A stretch of DNA of 64,000 nucleotides, taken from NCBI RefSeq assembly GCF_009914755.1, contig NC_060932.1; one strand, given 5' to 3'. Position 1 is the first letter of the stretch. Every line of letters starts with the position of its first letter. This document shows, one piece after another, positions 29,701 through 43,081 of this stretch. The stretch comes from the human T2T-CHM13v2.0 reference genome, Homo sapiens. The notes below the pieces were generated by a model. That model was not told where the DNA came from. It made no database searches and saw nothing but the letters and a program-made list of their open reading frames with translations. The position numbers and the translations under genes are program-made.

Positions 29701-30203
29701 CTTTTTACATGCCAAACCCCAATTACTTGCTGGCTCTTTTCTGATTTCTTAGAATTGTTTTGAGAAAAAAAAATCAGGCCACAGATAAAAATTTGCATCA
29801 AAGTGATATAGCAAGCAACATTTTAAAGGTTGAACATCAGTACTAAGAATGATACTGTCACCTAGATAATGTCAACCAGGAAATACATTTGAAATGTTAG
29901 CCATAAATATACAACGGTCACTCAACTACTGTGTATTATTTAAAATTGAGTAACTAATAACTTCAAAAATAGGATAAAGCTATATGGAGACACCGAACCT
30001 CAAGAAAATAGTTTGTTAGTAAATTGTTTCATCCACAGTATATACCTGGAGTTCTTAAATATGGCTGATTTAACCTTTGTGGAACATTTCAGAGAACATT
30101 GCAGCAACAGTAGCTTAGCCAAAGGCATTGTCTTTCTTCTCTGAAATGAAAAATGCTTTCTTTAATTGTCATCCCAATTTTTCCCACTCTAATAACCTCA
30201 CTC

Positions 30204-30785
30204 TGTATTTCAGTCAGGGTTTGATCAGAGAAACACAACCTATATGAAATATACATTCATATATTATGGATGTGCCTGACCTTACACAGTTATGGAACAT
30301 AGTTAAACCATTTTCTTCTGGGCTTGGTGGTGGAGACAGAAATCCACAGGCAGGAGGCTGAGAGGCAGGATGCGTATGAAGTGATGAAAGCCATAACAAA
30401 TGGGAACCTGGGAAGCTGGAGCCTGTGAGGACAGGTTAAATCAGGGATAATCTCTCACTGTCTTTACATGTGGATGATGGGGATATTCTGCAAAAGAACC
30501 TAGTGCTCTTCATCATAGAGCGAAATCTGCACCTAGCACAGGAGCCAGCCGTGAATGAGGACTGGCAGGAGCTATAGGAACTGCAGGAGGGATGCCATTG
30601 CAAGGTAGTGAGCCCTCAATAACCAACAATGTGCATACACTGCAGGGGGCCTCATGCTTGCTTTGACCTTCAGAGTGCAAAAAGAACATGGCTGATGCTT
30701 CCTATTAACAAGAACTATACAGGGAAGAAATTTTACGAAACATAGTTCCAACTGAGTTAAACTGATATACCACCAATCCACCATA
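30204..30785 (-). mobile_element. ERVL-class LTR (MLT2/LTR52-like)
   Basis: TGTATTTCAGTCAGGGTTTGATCAGAGAAAC...AGGGAAGAAATTTTACGAAACATAGTTC. Confidence 0.5.
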
Positions 30786-31726
30786 TTCTAAATGATTGTA
30801 TAAATTTCCTACTCTGTACTTTTAATTTCTTAACCTAACTTGTTCTTACCTATGTCCTTAAGATAAAATCTTCTCCCAGATAACCTCTCTTACCAAAACT
30901 GAGCTCTATTTGCTATTCAATAGATAAATGAATGCAACTCAATGCATCAATTATCCAGGGCAATGTTTAACTTTATCTGTTTCATAATGGATTTCCAGAA
31001 CTAGTAATCACACTTAACTCACACTGTCCAGGAGTAACTTGTTTCAAATGAATTTTGGTGTAATGGCTTTCCCATGTTACTTTGAAATGCAGTCTTGCTA
31101 TTTTCTCATTTTTCTTGCAGCTGAGTCTTTCATTTGGTAAATGTAGACAGATCTGTATTATACTGAAAACCTGAAATGGACTAGTGAGGTATTCTGGATA
31201 GTGGAAAATGAATTTCTTATTTAAAATGAAAGAAACTTTCCCTGGTTCAGCTTTGAAGAACATAGAAAGTCATGTCATTAGCAATAATTTACTCATTTGT
31301 ATATTTTACACAGATTTAATAAGTCTTTGCATTAAACATTGGCTTTCATATGGAGATTAAAAGTGCTTTGTCGGATTTGCAAGTAAATGTGGAAAGCTTA
31401 AACTTGACCAACACACCAAGAATAAAGGAAGGGTAATACTGCTATTTCCCCTTCTTCTATTCTGGAGCCAAACACATAGGAAACTGGTGCACTAAAGCAG
31501 CCATGGTCATGATAAGCTGATGAGATGGGGGACTGAGGAGAAAGTAGACCCCAAGCCTGAAGAAAACGTGATGTGACATATCTAGGCCAGGTGAGCACTT
31601 ATAAACCTCCCAACAGTACTGCTTGTCCTACAGCAATTTAGAACTTTCTGCAAAACAGTGTGTCAAAACTGATGGGAAGCTATCGGCAGGAAAATAGGAC
31701 AACTTTCCGTAGCCTTGGCAGAAGCT

Positions 31727-31740
31727 CCTCTAGGGGGCGA
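31727..31740 (+). promoter_or_regulatory. Candidate CTCF binding site
   Basis: CCTCTAGGGGGCGA closely matches the CTCF core CC(A/G/T)SYAGRKGGCRS; six CpGs retained in 31567-31787. Confidence 0.55.
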
Positions 31741-31799
31741 AGAAAAGACTAGACGGTGCTGCATTTGAGAGATTCTGGCTCTTGACGATGGAGCATATT

Positions 31800-32492
31800 C
31801 AGGATGGCTATAATTAAAAAGTCAGAAAACAGCAGATGCTGGTGAAGCTGCAGAAAAAAAGGGAACACTCAAACACTGTTGGTGGGAATGTATATTAGTT
31901 CAGCCACTGTGGAAAACCGTTTAGAAATTTCTCAAGGAACTTAAAGCAGAACTACCATTAGGCCCAACAATCCCATTATTGGGTATATATCAAAAATAAA
32001 ATAAATTGTTCTACCAAAAAGACACATGCAGTTGTACATTAATCACAGAAATACTCACAGTAGCAAAGACGTTAATTCAACCTAGGTGCCCATCAACAGT
32101 GAATTGGATAAAGAAAATGTGGTACGTATACACCATGGAATACTCTGCAGCCATATAAAAGAGCAAAATCATGTCCCTTGCAGCAAGATGGATGTAACTG
32201 GAGGCCATTATCCTAAGTGGATTAACACAGAAACAGAAAGCCAAATACCACATGCTCTCACTTTTAAATGGGAGCTAAACATCGGTACTCATGGACATAA
32301 AAATGACAGCAATAGACACGGCACTGCTAGAGGGGAGGGAGAGGAGCAAGCATTGAAAAAAATAACTATTGAGTACTATGCTCACTCCCTGGGTGACAGG
32401 ATCAATCGTACCACAAATCTCAGCACATACCCAGGTACCAAACCTGAACATGTGCCCACTTAATCTGAAATAACAGTTTTAATTAAAAGGAA
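31800..32492 (+). mobile_element. L1PB/old L1PA 3' end (5'-truncated)
   Basis: ATGGCTATAATTAAAAAGTCAG...GGATAAAGAAAATGTGGTACGTATACACCATGGAATACT...; ORF 32086-32463 is out-of-frame L1 sequence. Confidence 0.85.
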
Positions 32493-33592
32493 AAAGGGGA
32501 GAGGTAAGAAAGTATCTGTGACTAGCAGTGTTCCCCAAAAACCTCAGACTCATCTCACAATACTCGCAAACCACTTCACCATAACCAAAGTAAAGCCTGG
32601 GAACATGACCTAGACCCATCTTGTACAGGCAATTTTCAGACTAAACCTTTGTACTTTTAATCCCTCCTTGGTAGTCATTTTATCCAGATCCCAACTTCGC
32701 AAGGACTATTTAGGTAGCATTATAGGAAACAGGAGAGAGAGATGATATGGTATGAGATGTTAGCAATTTCATTATAATAATGTTAATAGATTTAACTTAT
32801 TTCCACATCATATTTTAGATACTATAAAATGAAAACAATAATTTATCCTGAGGTTGCTCATTCTGCAAATATTTATTGGGCACCTATGAAGCACTAAACA
32901 CCAAGGAGACACAGGGGAGAAAAATTCCTTGATCTCATAGAGCTTCCATTCTAATAACTGTCATCTGTCAATCTTTCCTCCCATTCTTCAAGACAGTGAG
33001 TTTTAGCTTACAACTCTCTTTAAGTCACCCATCTTTATCTCACACCTTTCACTCTTAGTAGACAACTTTGTACCCCATTTCATAAAGAAACCAGACAGGA
33101 GCTTAGTTTTCTCCCCAGCTCCATTGAGAATAGAACCCAGTCTGTCCTCATTTCTTCCTGACTCAGAGGATTAGGCAGTAATTTTGAAATTTCCCCAGAG
33201 TTTGGAAGGCCATGGAGCTATGAACATACTAAGTTGGCTTTCGGCATTTGGCTGCAAAATTGAGAGTACCGATTATTTTGCTTAATCCAATATTTCTTTT
33301 CTTCATTTGCTGACATACTCCAAAGATTTTGCATGCCTTCAAAGCAGCCACTGAATTTTACTAACTCATTTTGTTAACCTTAAAGAAGACTGCATCCACT
33401 CTTAATCAGGATAAAGAATTGCTTTTTAAAACAAATCTTTTATTAGTTGCTAGTTAGCAGGTAATATAGCAGAAGGTTGGTGAGATTATAAAAATGGTTT
33501 AAGAAAAAAGTAAGTGTCCAAAAGAAACCTTCTCTTTTAGTTCCTAAGTCAGAGATATTGAGAGCTCAGCAAAAAATAGATCTTCATAAATA

Positions 33593-34086
33593 TAGTTGAT
33601 CCTTGAACAATGCAGGTTTGAATTGCAGGGTTCAGTTATGTGCATTTTTTTTTCAATAAAAATTAACTCCAAGTGTGCCTGCTTCTCTTGCCTCCTCTCC
33701 ACCTCTTCCTCCTCTGCCGCCTCTGAGACAGAAAGAATGATCCTTCCTCTTCCTCCTCCATCTCAGCCTACTCAACTTATAAAGATGATGAGGATGAAGA
33801 CCTTTATGATAATCCACCTACACTTAATGCATAGTAAATATATTTTCTTTTCCTTATGATTTTTTAAATAACATTTTATTTTCTCTAGCATATATATTGT
33901 AACAATACAGTATATAATACATATAACATACAAAATAAATGTTAATCAACTTTATGTTATTGATAAGGCTTTCAGTCAACAGTGGGCTATTAATAGTTAG
34001 GTTTGGAAGGCGTCAAAAGTTATACACAGATTTTTGTGCATGGGGTTTTGATGCCTCTAAGTCCCACATTGTTCAAAGGTCAGCTG
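33593..34086 (+). mobile_element. Tigger2-family (MER28-like) non-autonomous DNA transposon
   Basis: Terminal inverted repeats TAGTTGATCCTTGAACAA and TTGTTCAAAGGTCAGCTG, flanked by TA on both sides. Confidence 0.85.
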
Positions 34087-34104
34087 TACTAGTTAAATTG
34101 TTAC

Positions 34105-34280
34105 AGAGTTATGGAGTCAAAAGATGGTGGACTTTGGAGCACAGAGCCCTTGGTTTAAATACCAGCTATACAATTTAGTAGCTATGTGACTTTGTAAAAT
34201 CATTTGATATCTGTAAAACCAAGTTTTAACAGTTGTAAAATAAAGATAAAAATATACCCCCTTAAGGCCATTGTAAAGAT
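34105..34280 (+). mobile_element. MIR fragment
   Basis: GGACTTTGGAGCACAGAGCCCTTGGTTTAAATACCAGCT...TAGCTATGTGACTTTG. Confidence 0.6.
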
Positions 34281-34612
34281 TGTTGCAATGGACCGATTTT
34301 ACCCCGTCTATATTAATATGTTGAAACCCTAATCCCAATGTTACAATATTTGGAGATGGGGCCTGAGGTCGTGAGGGTGGAGGTCTCATGAATTGGATCA
34401 GTGCTCTTATAGGAAAAGACACAGGTGATATGATCCCTCACTCAACCATGTGAAGATACAGCAAGAAAGAAGAGGTCTCTTACCAAGCATGGGATCTACC
34501 AGCATCTTGATTTTGGACTTCCTGGCCTCCAGAATCATGAGAAATAAATGCTTGTTGTTTAAGCAACCCAGTCTGTCATATTTTGTTATAGCAGCCCAAA
34601 CAGACTAAGACA
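34281..34612 (+). mobile_element. MLT1A/B-type LTR
   Basis: ATGTTGAAACCCTAATCCC...TTGGACTTCCTGGCCTCCAGAA..GAGAAATAAAT...GCAGCCCAAACAGACTAAGACA. Confidence 0.8.
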
Positions 34613-35949
34613 GGAAGATGAAAAAATGACTCCACATTCCCAGCAGTTTACTTGGGTTAAATGGCAACTGATTTGAGATTAAACACCAGTTTTCTTTAGA
34701 ATTCCTGTTCGCCTATTATACCCTCACCCCTAATCTTCATATAAGGAGTTTTGTTCATAACTCTGCAATCAAAATATAATTGGTGGCTGGAAGTTCACAG
34801 AGGAGCACTGACAAATACAAACGTTCCCAAATACTTAATCCCCTCAGAGACAGTATTTGAGTTATTTTGTTTTTGTGTTCAGGGATGGATCTTGCCTGTT
34901 TGATACAAGTTAGAGTAATAGAAACCTAATGAACCTTTCTCATCAGAAGTCTCTCTCTACCCCCCAAACAAAATGTATCTGTGAAGAGTCAATTATTTTT
35001 ATGCTTTCTTAGCCAAACTTTAGGATGATCAGTAAGTAACAGAAATTATAATTAGAATACTGAGAATATTGTTCCATTTTTTAATCATGGAAATCCTGCA
35101 ACTTTTCTAGTAAGACATAGGCAACAGCAGAAACACTGATGGATAAACTTGTGCCTTCAGATTAATTTAGATATATTCGCATGCTTTTGATTAATGTAGG
35201 AGTTCTTGTCCTTCTAGATGAACTTGTTAATTCCTTTCGTGGAATCTGATCTATCTTGCTTAGTGAAGAGAAATAGGATCATTTGCAAAGGATACAATAG
35301 AGACCTGAGCTCCACATTTGTTTTAATCTCCGGTGATATACTGTACTGCTACTGAGAAAATGCCCCATCTTTATTTCCTGGAGTTGGCTTGACATTTACA
35401 AACCTAATGCTGATTTGATATGGGAGTACAACGAAAGTGAGGAATGGAAAATATACTCAGGGGAAGTTGAAAAAGAGAAAAAGAGAAAATTGAGTACTCG
35501 TATATGACCATTAGCTACTGTTAATGAATCTGTTCAACTGATGAGATACTATTTTTTAATTATCTCCATTATTGTAGGCATAGAAGATAGGGGAAGGGAT
35601 TCTTCACCCCTCTTTAATTCAGACCTTACTACTTCAACCAACAATTCATATCCTTTTGGTTTTGGAGAAAGCTTGGAATTAAATTATAATGGCAAGGATA
35701 ATCTTTAGATCCATCTCTTTCTTTTCCTACCATTTCCTTATTTAGTACAAAATGAAGATAATGAATGAGGTAAATGTACACACATATTAATTCAAATTTG
35801 TAAAATTTTTGAGAGTTTACTATCTATCAGGTGCTGAATTAGGTACTGGATATGAAGAGAAAAATAAATCATCATTTCTGTTCTTATGAATTTCAAAGGT
35901 TAACAGGAGAAACTGAATATTTGTTCACACAAATCAGTGCACTTAGAGG

Positions 35950-36368
35950 TGTGTCTTAGGTCAGATTTCCTAAAAGCACAGTGGGAACTGGGGGTTCTTA
36001 GCAAGCACTTCACTGATGAAGTGTTTTCAGGATAAACTTCTAAGGAAGCAGATTAGGATAGAGGAAGAAGCTAAGCAGAGATGTGGGTTTCACTAAGTCT
36101 AACCTCAGCCTAATCTCCAGAGAACCTGGACCAACACCAGAGAACCTCTGTGAACAACACCACAGGCTTATCTCACTCCAAGTCAAGAGGCTAGGCCTTT
36201 ATGCCCTTGAATCATTTAGTCATTTGATGAGGGATCCCCTGTTAGGCATTCCTGAGCTCCTGTTGGCCAAAGACAGATAATTATGGGCCGTTAGCAGCCA
36301 AGCTCACAACTGCGAGATAAGTGCATTGGCTCCATAAAGGGGACAAGGCTAAGGCAACATCCACTACT
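35950..36368 (-). mobile_element. ERVL LTR (LTR16/LTR33-like)
   Basis: TGTCTTAGGTCAGATTTCCTAAAAGCA...GGAAGAAGCTAAGCAGAGATGTGGGTTTCA. Confidence 0.5.
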
Positions 36369-37799
36369 AGATTCAAAAATGAATATAACGAGGCTTTATA
36401 TTCAGGTAACCCAGAGGTTCATTATACAGACTGGTATTAAACAAACAACTATAATGCACTGTGCCAAGTATAATGATAAGAGGTTGAATAGGTGGTATAG
36501 AGGAGAGAGTGATTCCCTAATTATACATTTATTGGCACTTTATCTCATTGCACAAAATACTGGAGTTCTTGAAAATAACTTTGGTGGTAAGGAGTGTGCT
36601 CATGGAAGTCTTTTTGGAGAAGATGCTAACTGGAGTTGATTTACAAGTAACAGGCTCTATGAATGTCATACTGGTGAATGGGGGATTATTGAGTGACCCT
36701 GAATTAAATCTCAGTGGGATTCTTTTTCAACTTATTGCTATATATAAGCATATTATACACTATAAAATAAGTAAGTGAGGCTTTTTAAAAGACTGTAAAA
36801 AAGGAATAAAATCAGGTTTTAAGGAAGCAGGCAACTTGTAATCCAATGACAAAAGCATTTCCATGATAACATTCATGGTGATAATATTTGCTTTTGGAAC
36901 TTGGAAGGAAGCTATCAACATGAGTAAAGTGCTATTAATGAGTCATGATTTCTTGAGAGATACAGATATATTTTTTGTTTAATAATGGGCTTGGTCTGTC
37001 TGTCAAGTTTAATGATTGAGGTGTGTTTTCATAAAACATTTACCCAAAAGTATTTCACAATATCCAGTGATATTTTCATTTAATGTGACATTGTTTAATT
37101 TGAGGCATCTTGGAAGTAATGTGGCTGTAGGCTTATAGACCTTCCAGGGAAAACAGGTCTAACTTAGAACTTGGAACATCTCTAATTGGTTCCAGGTTTT
37201 CCTTTCTTGTCATGTGCTACTCCAGAGTTTATTTACTTAGGTTAATAATAAATGAAAGTCATGTTTCATGGTACTTATCTGATACACTGCCCACTCAAAT
37301 ATTTATGTTTTAAGAATGCAACAGAATTAAACAATGTTTCTTTGCGTGTGTAGCTCAGTATCAGTTTATCAGTTTCTACGGTGTCTGTTAACTTGAGATC
37401 TTGAATATAGCACTTGGCTTAGAGGTTGAGAAATTCACTGGTCATTTATTTAATTATTTTCATTATTTATTACTTGAGATTTTCATATTTCATAACCTTT
37501 TTAATGGTCTTCCCATAATGTCCTTTTAATTTGTAATGTATAAATGCATGTTTACTTTAAGAACAAAAGAAAAGAAAGGGAATGTTTTGTGACTTCCATA
37601 CTTACCTTCCACATTTGCTTATTTTGTCTTTTCATGTGAACATTTTTAAACTTGCTTGTATATTGGACATTCCATTTAAGAAACAAAATTATATTGTCTA
37701 AATGTTGTGTTCATTCTTCCATGTTTGAGGACCCTGTTGGTAAATGACTATAAAAAGAGAAAATTCCTTATGAGGAGAAATGTAAGGGAAGAGAAAAAA

Positions 37800-37801
<2 letters not shown>

Positions 37802-37833
<32 letters not shown>
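37802..37833. repeat. (CA)n microsatellite
   Basis: About 16 AC units. Confidence 0.95.
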
Positions 37834-37836
<3 letters not shown>

Positions 37837-38309
37837 CTATGGGGTCAACGACTCTAGGACAAAGTGGCCTGATTTAAGCAATATTTGGAACTTGCTGTCA
37901 ACAGAACTTAATTTTATGTCTAGAAAAGCTTATGGGACACAGTTGCATGAGAAAGTATTGTCAACTTATGCCCTTCTGAATTTTATTATTTTTACACATT
38001 ATTTCCTGAGAGAAGAGAATACATGAGGTCTTATTCAAATATGAAAAGGAAAAACAGGCTTAGAAAAACCGATCCTTTTATTTGCATAACTTCAGTCCTT
38101 TTACTCACGTATTTCCCATAGGGATAAGTGAATGGTTTAAATTTTAGGAGACATGTCTTTCAAAGCTGTACATCTCTAGGCAAGGAGGAAAGTTTGAAGT
38201 AAGTATCTGGACAATTTTTGAGAGAGGAAGAAAGAATTCTACAAAGAAATTCTTGTTTAGCCAAATTGTCTGTTAAAGGAAACCCTGATTAACCTACATA
38301 CATATTTGC

Positions 38310-38485
38310 TTTTTTAAAGCGATATGTAATAGTTGTGCAAACTTGGAGAATACATGTGATATTCTATCACATACGTACAACGTGTAATGAGCAAATCAGG
38401 GTAATTGCGATATCTATCAGCTCTAACACTGACCTTTTCTTTATGTTGGGAACATTCTAATTCTTCTCTTGCAACTATTTTGCTT
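38310..38485 (-). mobile_element. L1MA-like 3' end
   Basis: GTGTAATGAGCAAATCAGGGTAATTG...TTTATGTTGGGAACATTC. Confidence 0.7.
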
Positions 38486-39079
38486 ATGTCTATTTCATTG
38501 GCTATGCTTAAACTCAACTTCATGGCCTCTAGAGCAATAATTATTCCTTTGTTGCTCCAATTAAATTAAATCAGAATAGGCCTTAATTGACCTGTTTCTC
38601 TGGTTTATCTCCACATTTTGGTTTCAAATAGGAGAAAGCAGGCATTTGGAGGTTGTTTTATTTCTCTTGTTTAGTAATATCATCCTACATTGCTTATCCA
38701 CAATTGGTTTAGTTCTTTAGAGATTCATAGCACCCTTTAAAGCTTTTTCTGGTTGCAGCACTCTGATTTTCCTTTAGTGAATCTCTCCCCTCTCACTCTC
38801 AGTCCACATGGTTTGGGTAAGAAGTTAACCCCATTCCCTTACCCAGCCCAGCCCATTGAGGAAGTCACATGACCAAGGCTGACAATCAAAACATCTCAGC
38901 ACCATTGCCAGGATAGGCCCTAGAGATAAAGCTAGGCCAAACCATCCCGTCTTCATAACTAGACTACTCAATTCACATGTCCTTAGGAAGATAAAGGAGA
39001 TCTCTTTCTTTTGGTTTTGTAAACTGAACAGCCAAATGAAAAGACACTTTTTGACTCTCATCCTATTATTTAAAATATA

Positions 39080-39295
39080 GCTATCAAGAGCTATGCTTAC
39101 TACATTTGGCACATGATCTAATATAATTTCTATAAAAACTCTGAAGTAGGTACTTCTATTATCCCCATTTTGCATACCAGAAACTGAGACTTACACATAT
39201 CAAGTAGGTTTATGAAGGTGGAATGCTGATACATAAGTAGTAGTTGGGTTTGAACTTAGTCTGATCTGAAGCTTGTGCTCTTAAACCACTACATG
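39080..39295 (-). mobile_element. MIR
   Basis: TATTATCCCCATTTTGCATACCAGAAACTGAGACT. Confidence 0.7.
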
Positions 39296-41924
39296 TCATC
39301 TGTAGACATTCTAGTGAGCAGAAGGAAAGCCCACATCCAAATTTTTGCAAACACCAAAATAAAATGTGTTTAGAAGGGAGGAATGAAAGAAAATTGGGGA
39401 GAATACAATGGAGAATCACAAAGTTAGAGGAACCTTAGTCTATCAGCTATTGGAGATAGTGGTGGGGCAGAGATGAATAACACTCAACTAAGTTCAATAC
39501 TGGGTAAGTATCTGCCAAGCTAAATCTACAACCCAAAGCAGCCTGGGGTTATCACATCACCTTCAGAGTGAAGGCTATGTATGGGAGTATTCTAGAGTTT
39601 GCTAGAACTACATAGTCAGTCTGGCATGGTATCCTGTTGTTTCAGGTGTTTGTTCATTAACTAGCTCATTTATCCATTCATTCATCCTTCCACTTTTTAT
39701 TGAACATATACTAAGCGGCAAGTATTAGATGCCTGCAATATATCAAGGTATCTATCTACTCTCAAGGAACTCCCAGTCTAGAACAAGAGGAAGATGAGTT
39801 AAGAGCTAATTATAATGCCATAATAAATGTTAAACCAAAAAAAGGAAAAAGAAATTATAATGAGTAGATTTGGTGACTTAGCCTGTGTTGGAACATACAA
39901 TTGAGCCAAGGAAGATGCCTCTAATATTTAGTCTTATGCATTTTATTTATTTAATTACAGACAAATTTAATTCTGGAGATGTTCTCAGATGGCTTTCCCT
40001 GCTCAAGAACACAACAGTTTTATAAATAGCAAACTTCTTTATTTGCGCTGGCAGAAAGCCATCTGAATTTCGCAGTGCCTTTGCTAAAAGCTACATTTAA
40101 GGAATATTACGCTGAGTCATTATGACATAATTGGGAAAAATACAAGGAATCTGATGCACATGGGTTCCAAGTCAACTTAACTGCTTACTAGGTGTATAGT
40201 ACTATGCAGATTATTTAACATCTCTGAGCTTGTTTGTTTAACTATAACATGAGGTTGGACATATGTAAAGTTTAAATGAATTTGTACACATAAAGTGCAC
40301 CCCATGTTAGTATTCACTTGCCCAGATATTAGTTTTCTTCTTTTCTATAGTTTCTTAGTTTTCGTTTTCTCATTTGTCAAATTGGAATAATAATATTTAC
40401 TTGCAGTACTGATCATTCAATGAGAGAATATGTCAAAAAATAGTTGGTGCATAGTAGATGCTCAAGAAATGTCAAATTCTCCTGCCTTTTCACTTAGATT
40501 CTTAAAAGTATGAATGGTTTCATATCCTCATTGACAAAGTATTTCTCTGAAAAATTCTAAGAATAAAAAATCCTACATCTCTGAATAATTACATTCATGA
40601 CTCAGGGTGAATTAAAGCTTCACTTTGCCTGGAAAGACGCAAAAGAAACTTGAAGACAAAACAAGAAGCAGATCACAAAGACATAAAGTATAGTGGAACT
40701 AGTCAGGACTTCAAGTAAGATAATTTGTATGTATATTCTCACTGGCTTGGTTAATATTGTCCTGATCTTATAAAAAGAAAAAAAGTAATGGTTTGGAATC
40801 ATCGACAATACAAGGAAAAACAAGTTGCTTTATTTGTAAAGATACAAATAGATCTTTCTCCACAGATACTGTAGAGAAAGTGATTTTGAAGTACATTTTC
40901 TACTCATTTTTAAGAAGCATTTTTGTCATACTGGGCCCAAGTCTTGTGGTTGATAGATCAGTCATATGCAAGCCCTCTTTCTGCTGAAAAGTAGTTTTCT
41001 ACTCTAATTCCATTCTATTTTCATTTATGCTGGAATGATGAATAATGTAGTGTGCAATTACTTCTTTTCTGATTTAATACTAGCATAGGAACTCCTCTCT
41101 AGAAAAATATCCAATTAAAATTCACAGTGGCAGGTGTGGGTTGTGGACCTGGTCAAAAGGCATAAACCACCAACCCACCCTGTGATTGTTTTAGCAGAGG
41201 ATTTCCAGGCATTACTTCAAATGATCTCAGCCATGCATTGCAAGTAATGAAGGCGGCACAAATTCATACCAGCTCCTTGACTCCTTGGCTGCTACTGAAT
41301 ATGGCTTTATTTTCCATTTGTTGAGCTGGAACATCCCCTCAGATTAGAGAGAAGTCAGCCCTTTGCAGTTTATAAGCACAGTTCTGTTAGGAGAGAGAAA
41401 TAACAGCATGGATTCTGATTTCATTTCTGCTTTAAGGAACAAATTCTTCATTACACTTGTAAGCAGAGGCAGAATGGCTCTTGGTAAAAGTTAAAGCATG
41501 AACAGTACCAGCAAGAATAATTGAAATCTACACATTTAAATCTAATTCTATTTGATTTATTTTCAAACAGGTATTAAACCCCTACTATATGCAAACTAGT
41601 ATGCTCAATGCGTGTATGTTGAATTAAGTGTGCCATATCCATTATTTAAATTGGTCCACCTACATTTCATATAATCTCAATTTTATGTAGTTACATGATT
41701 CAACTAGTCATGGATAACTTTGATTTCCTTCTTGTCTTCTTATTGTTACCCATGAAGTTTTAGAGACATCGTACATCCTCAGAATATATTTGCTTAAATA
41801 AAAGCTGATTTCATGAGTAAAATCTCATGTTAAGATTCCAAGAAAACATAAAAGAAACCAGAAAATAATACCTCCAGTTGTTCCAGGCTCCTCCTTTCTT
41901 ATCAGGATGGTTTAAGATTGACTA

Positions 41925-42492
41925 GTGTGGTCGGTAGATTCTAAGATGTCTTCTAATGATTCCTGCCTCCTGATAGTCACCCTCATACAACCCCTTCCTA
42001 TTGAGTGTAGGATTGCTTAGTGACTTGCTTCTAACCACCAGAATATGGAAAAAGTCATAGAATGCCATTTCTGTGATTAGGTTATGTAAAATTATTACTT
42101 CCATCTTGCTAGCAGACTTTATTGCTTTCTCAGTGTGCACTGTGATGAAGACAGCTGTCGTGTTAGACAGGTGAATGAAGCAAGGATGTGAGGTGTACTT
42201 TCAGCCAACAAACAGCTAGAAACATATTGCTCAGTCCACCGACCCATGAGAAACTGAATTTCACAAACAAACCCATGAACTTGGAAGCAGATCCTTTCCC
42301 AGACAAGCCTTCAGATGAGACCACAAGCCTGGCCAAGACCACGATTACAGCTTGTGAAAGACCCTGAAGCAGACAACCCAGCTAAACTGTGTCTGAATTC
42401 CTGACTCGTAGAAAACATGAGGATATAAAATGTGGGTTGTTTAAAGCTACTTGGTTTACATAATTTGTAATGCAGCAATGCATAAATAATAT
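41925..42492 (+). mobile_element. MLT1E/F-type LTR
   Basis: TGTGGTCGGTAGATTCTAAGATG...TTGGAAGCAGATCCTTTCCCAG..AAGCCTTCAGATGAGACC...TTTGTAATGCAGCAAT. Confidence 0.8.
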
Positions 42493-42621
42493 CATTAGAT
42501 AATCTTCATACCTTTGAATTCTTATCTGAGCTTTACCTTGGCTAAACTGATAGACTACTTTATTTTTACTTTATCTTCTCTTCGTTTTGCTCTTATGGAA
42601 GGATCAATAAAAGGTAAAAAT

Positions 42622-43081
<460 letters not shown>

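Noticed and set aside
31100-31145. Possible 16-nt micro-exon (TTTTTCTTGCAG|CTGAGTCTTTCATTTG|GTAAAT)
   Set aside because: Splice-like signals of this strength are common by chance, and I found no neighbouring exons or frame support.
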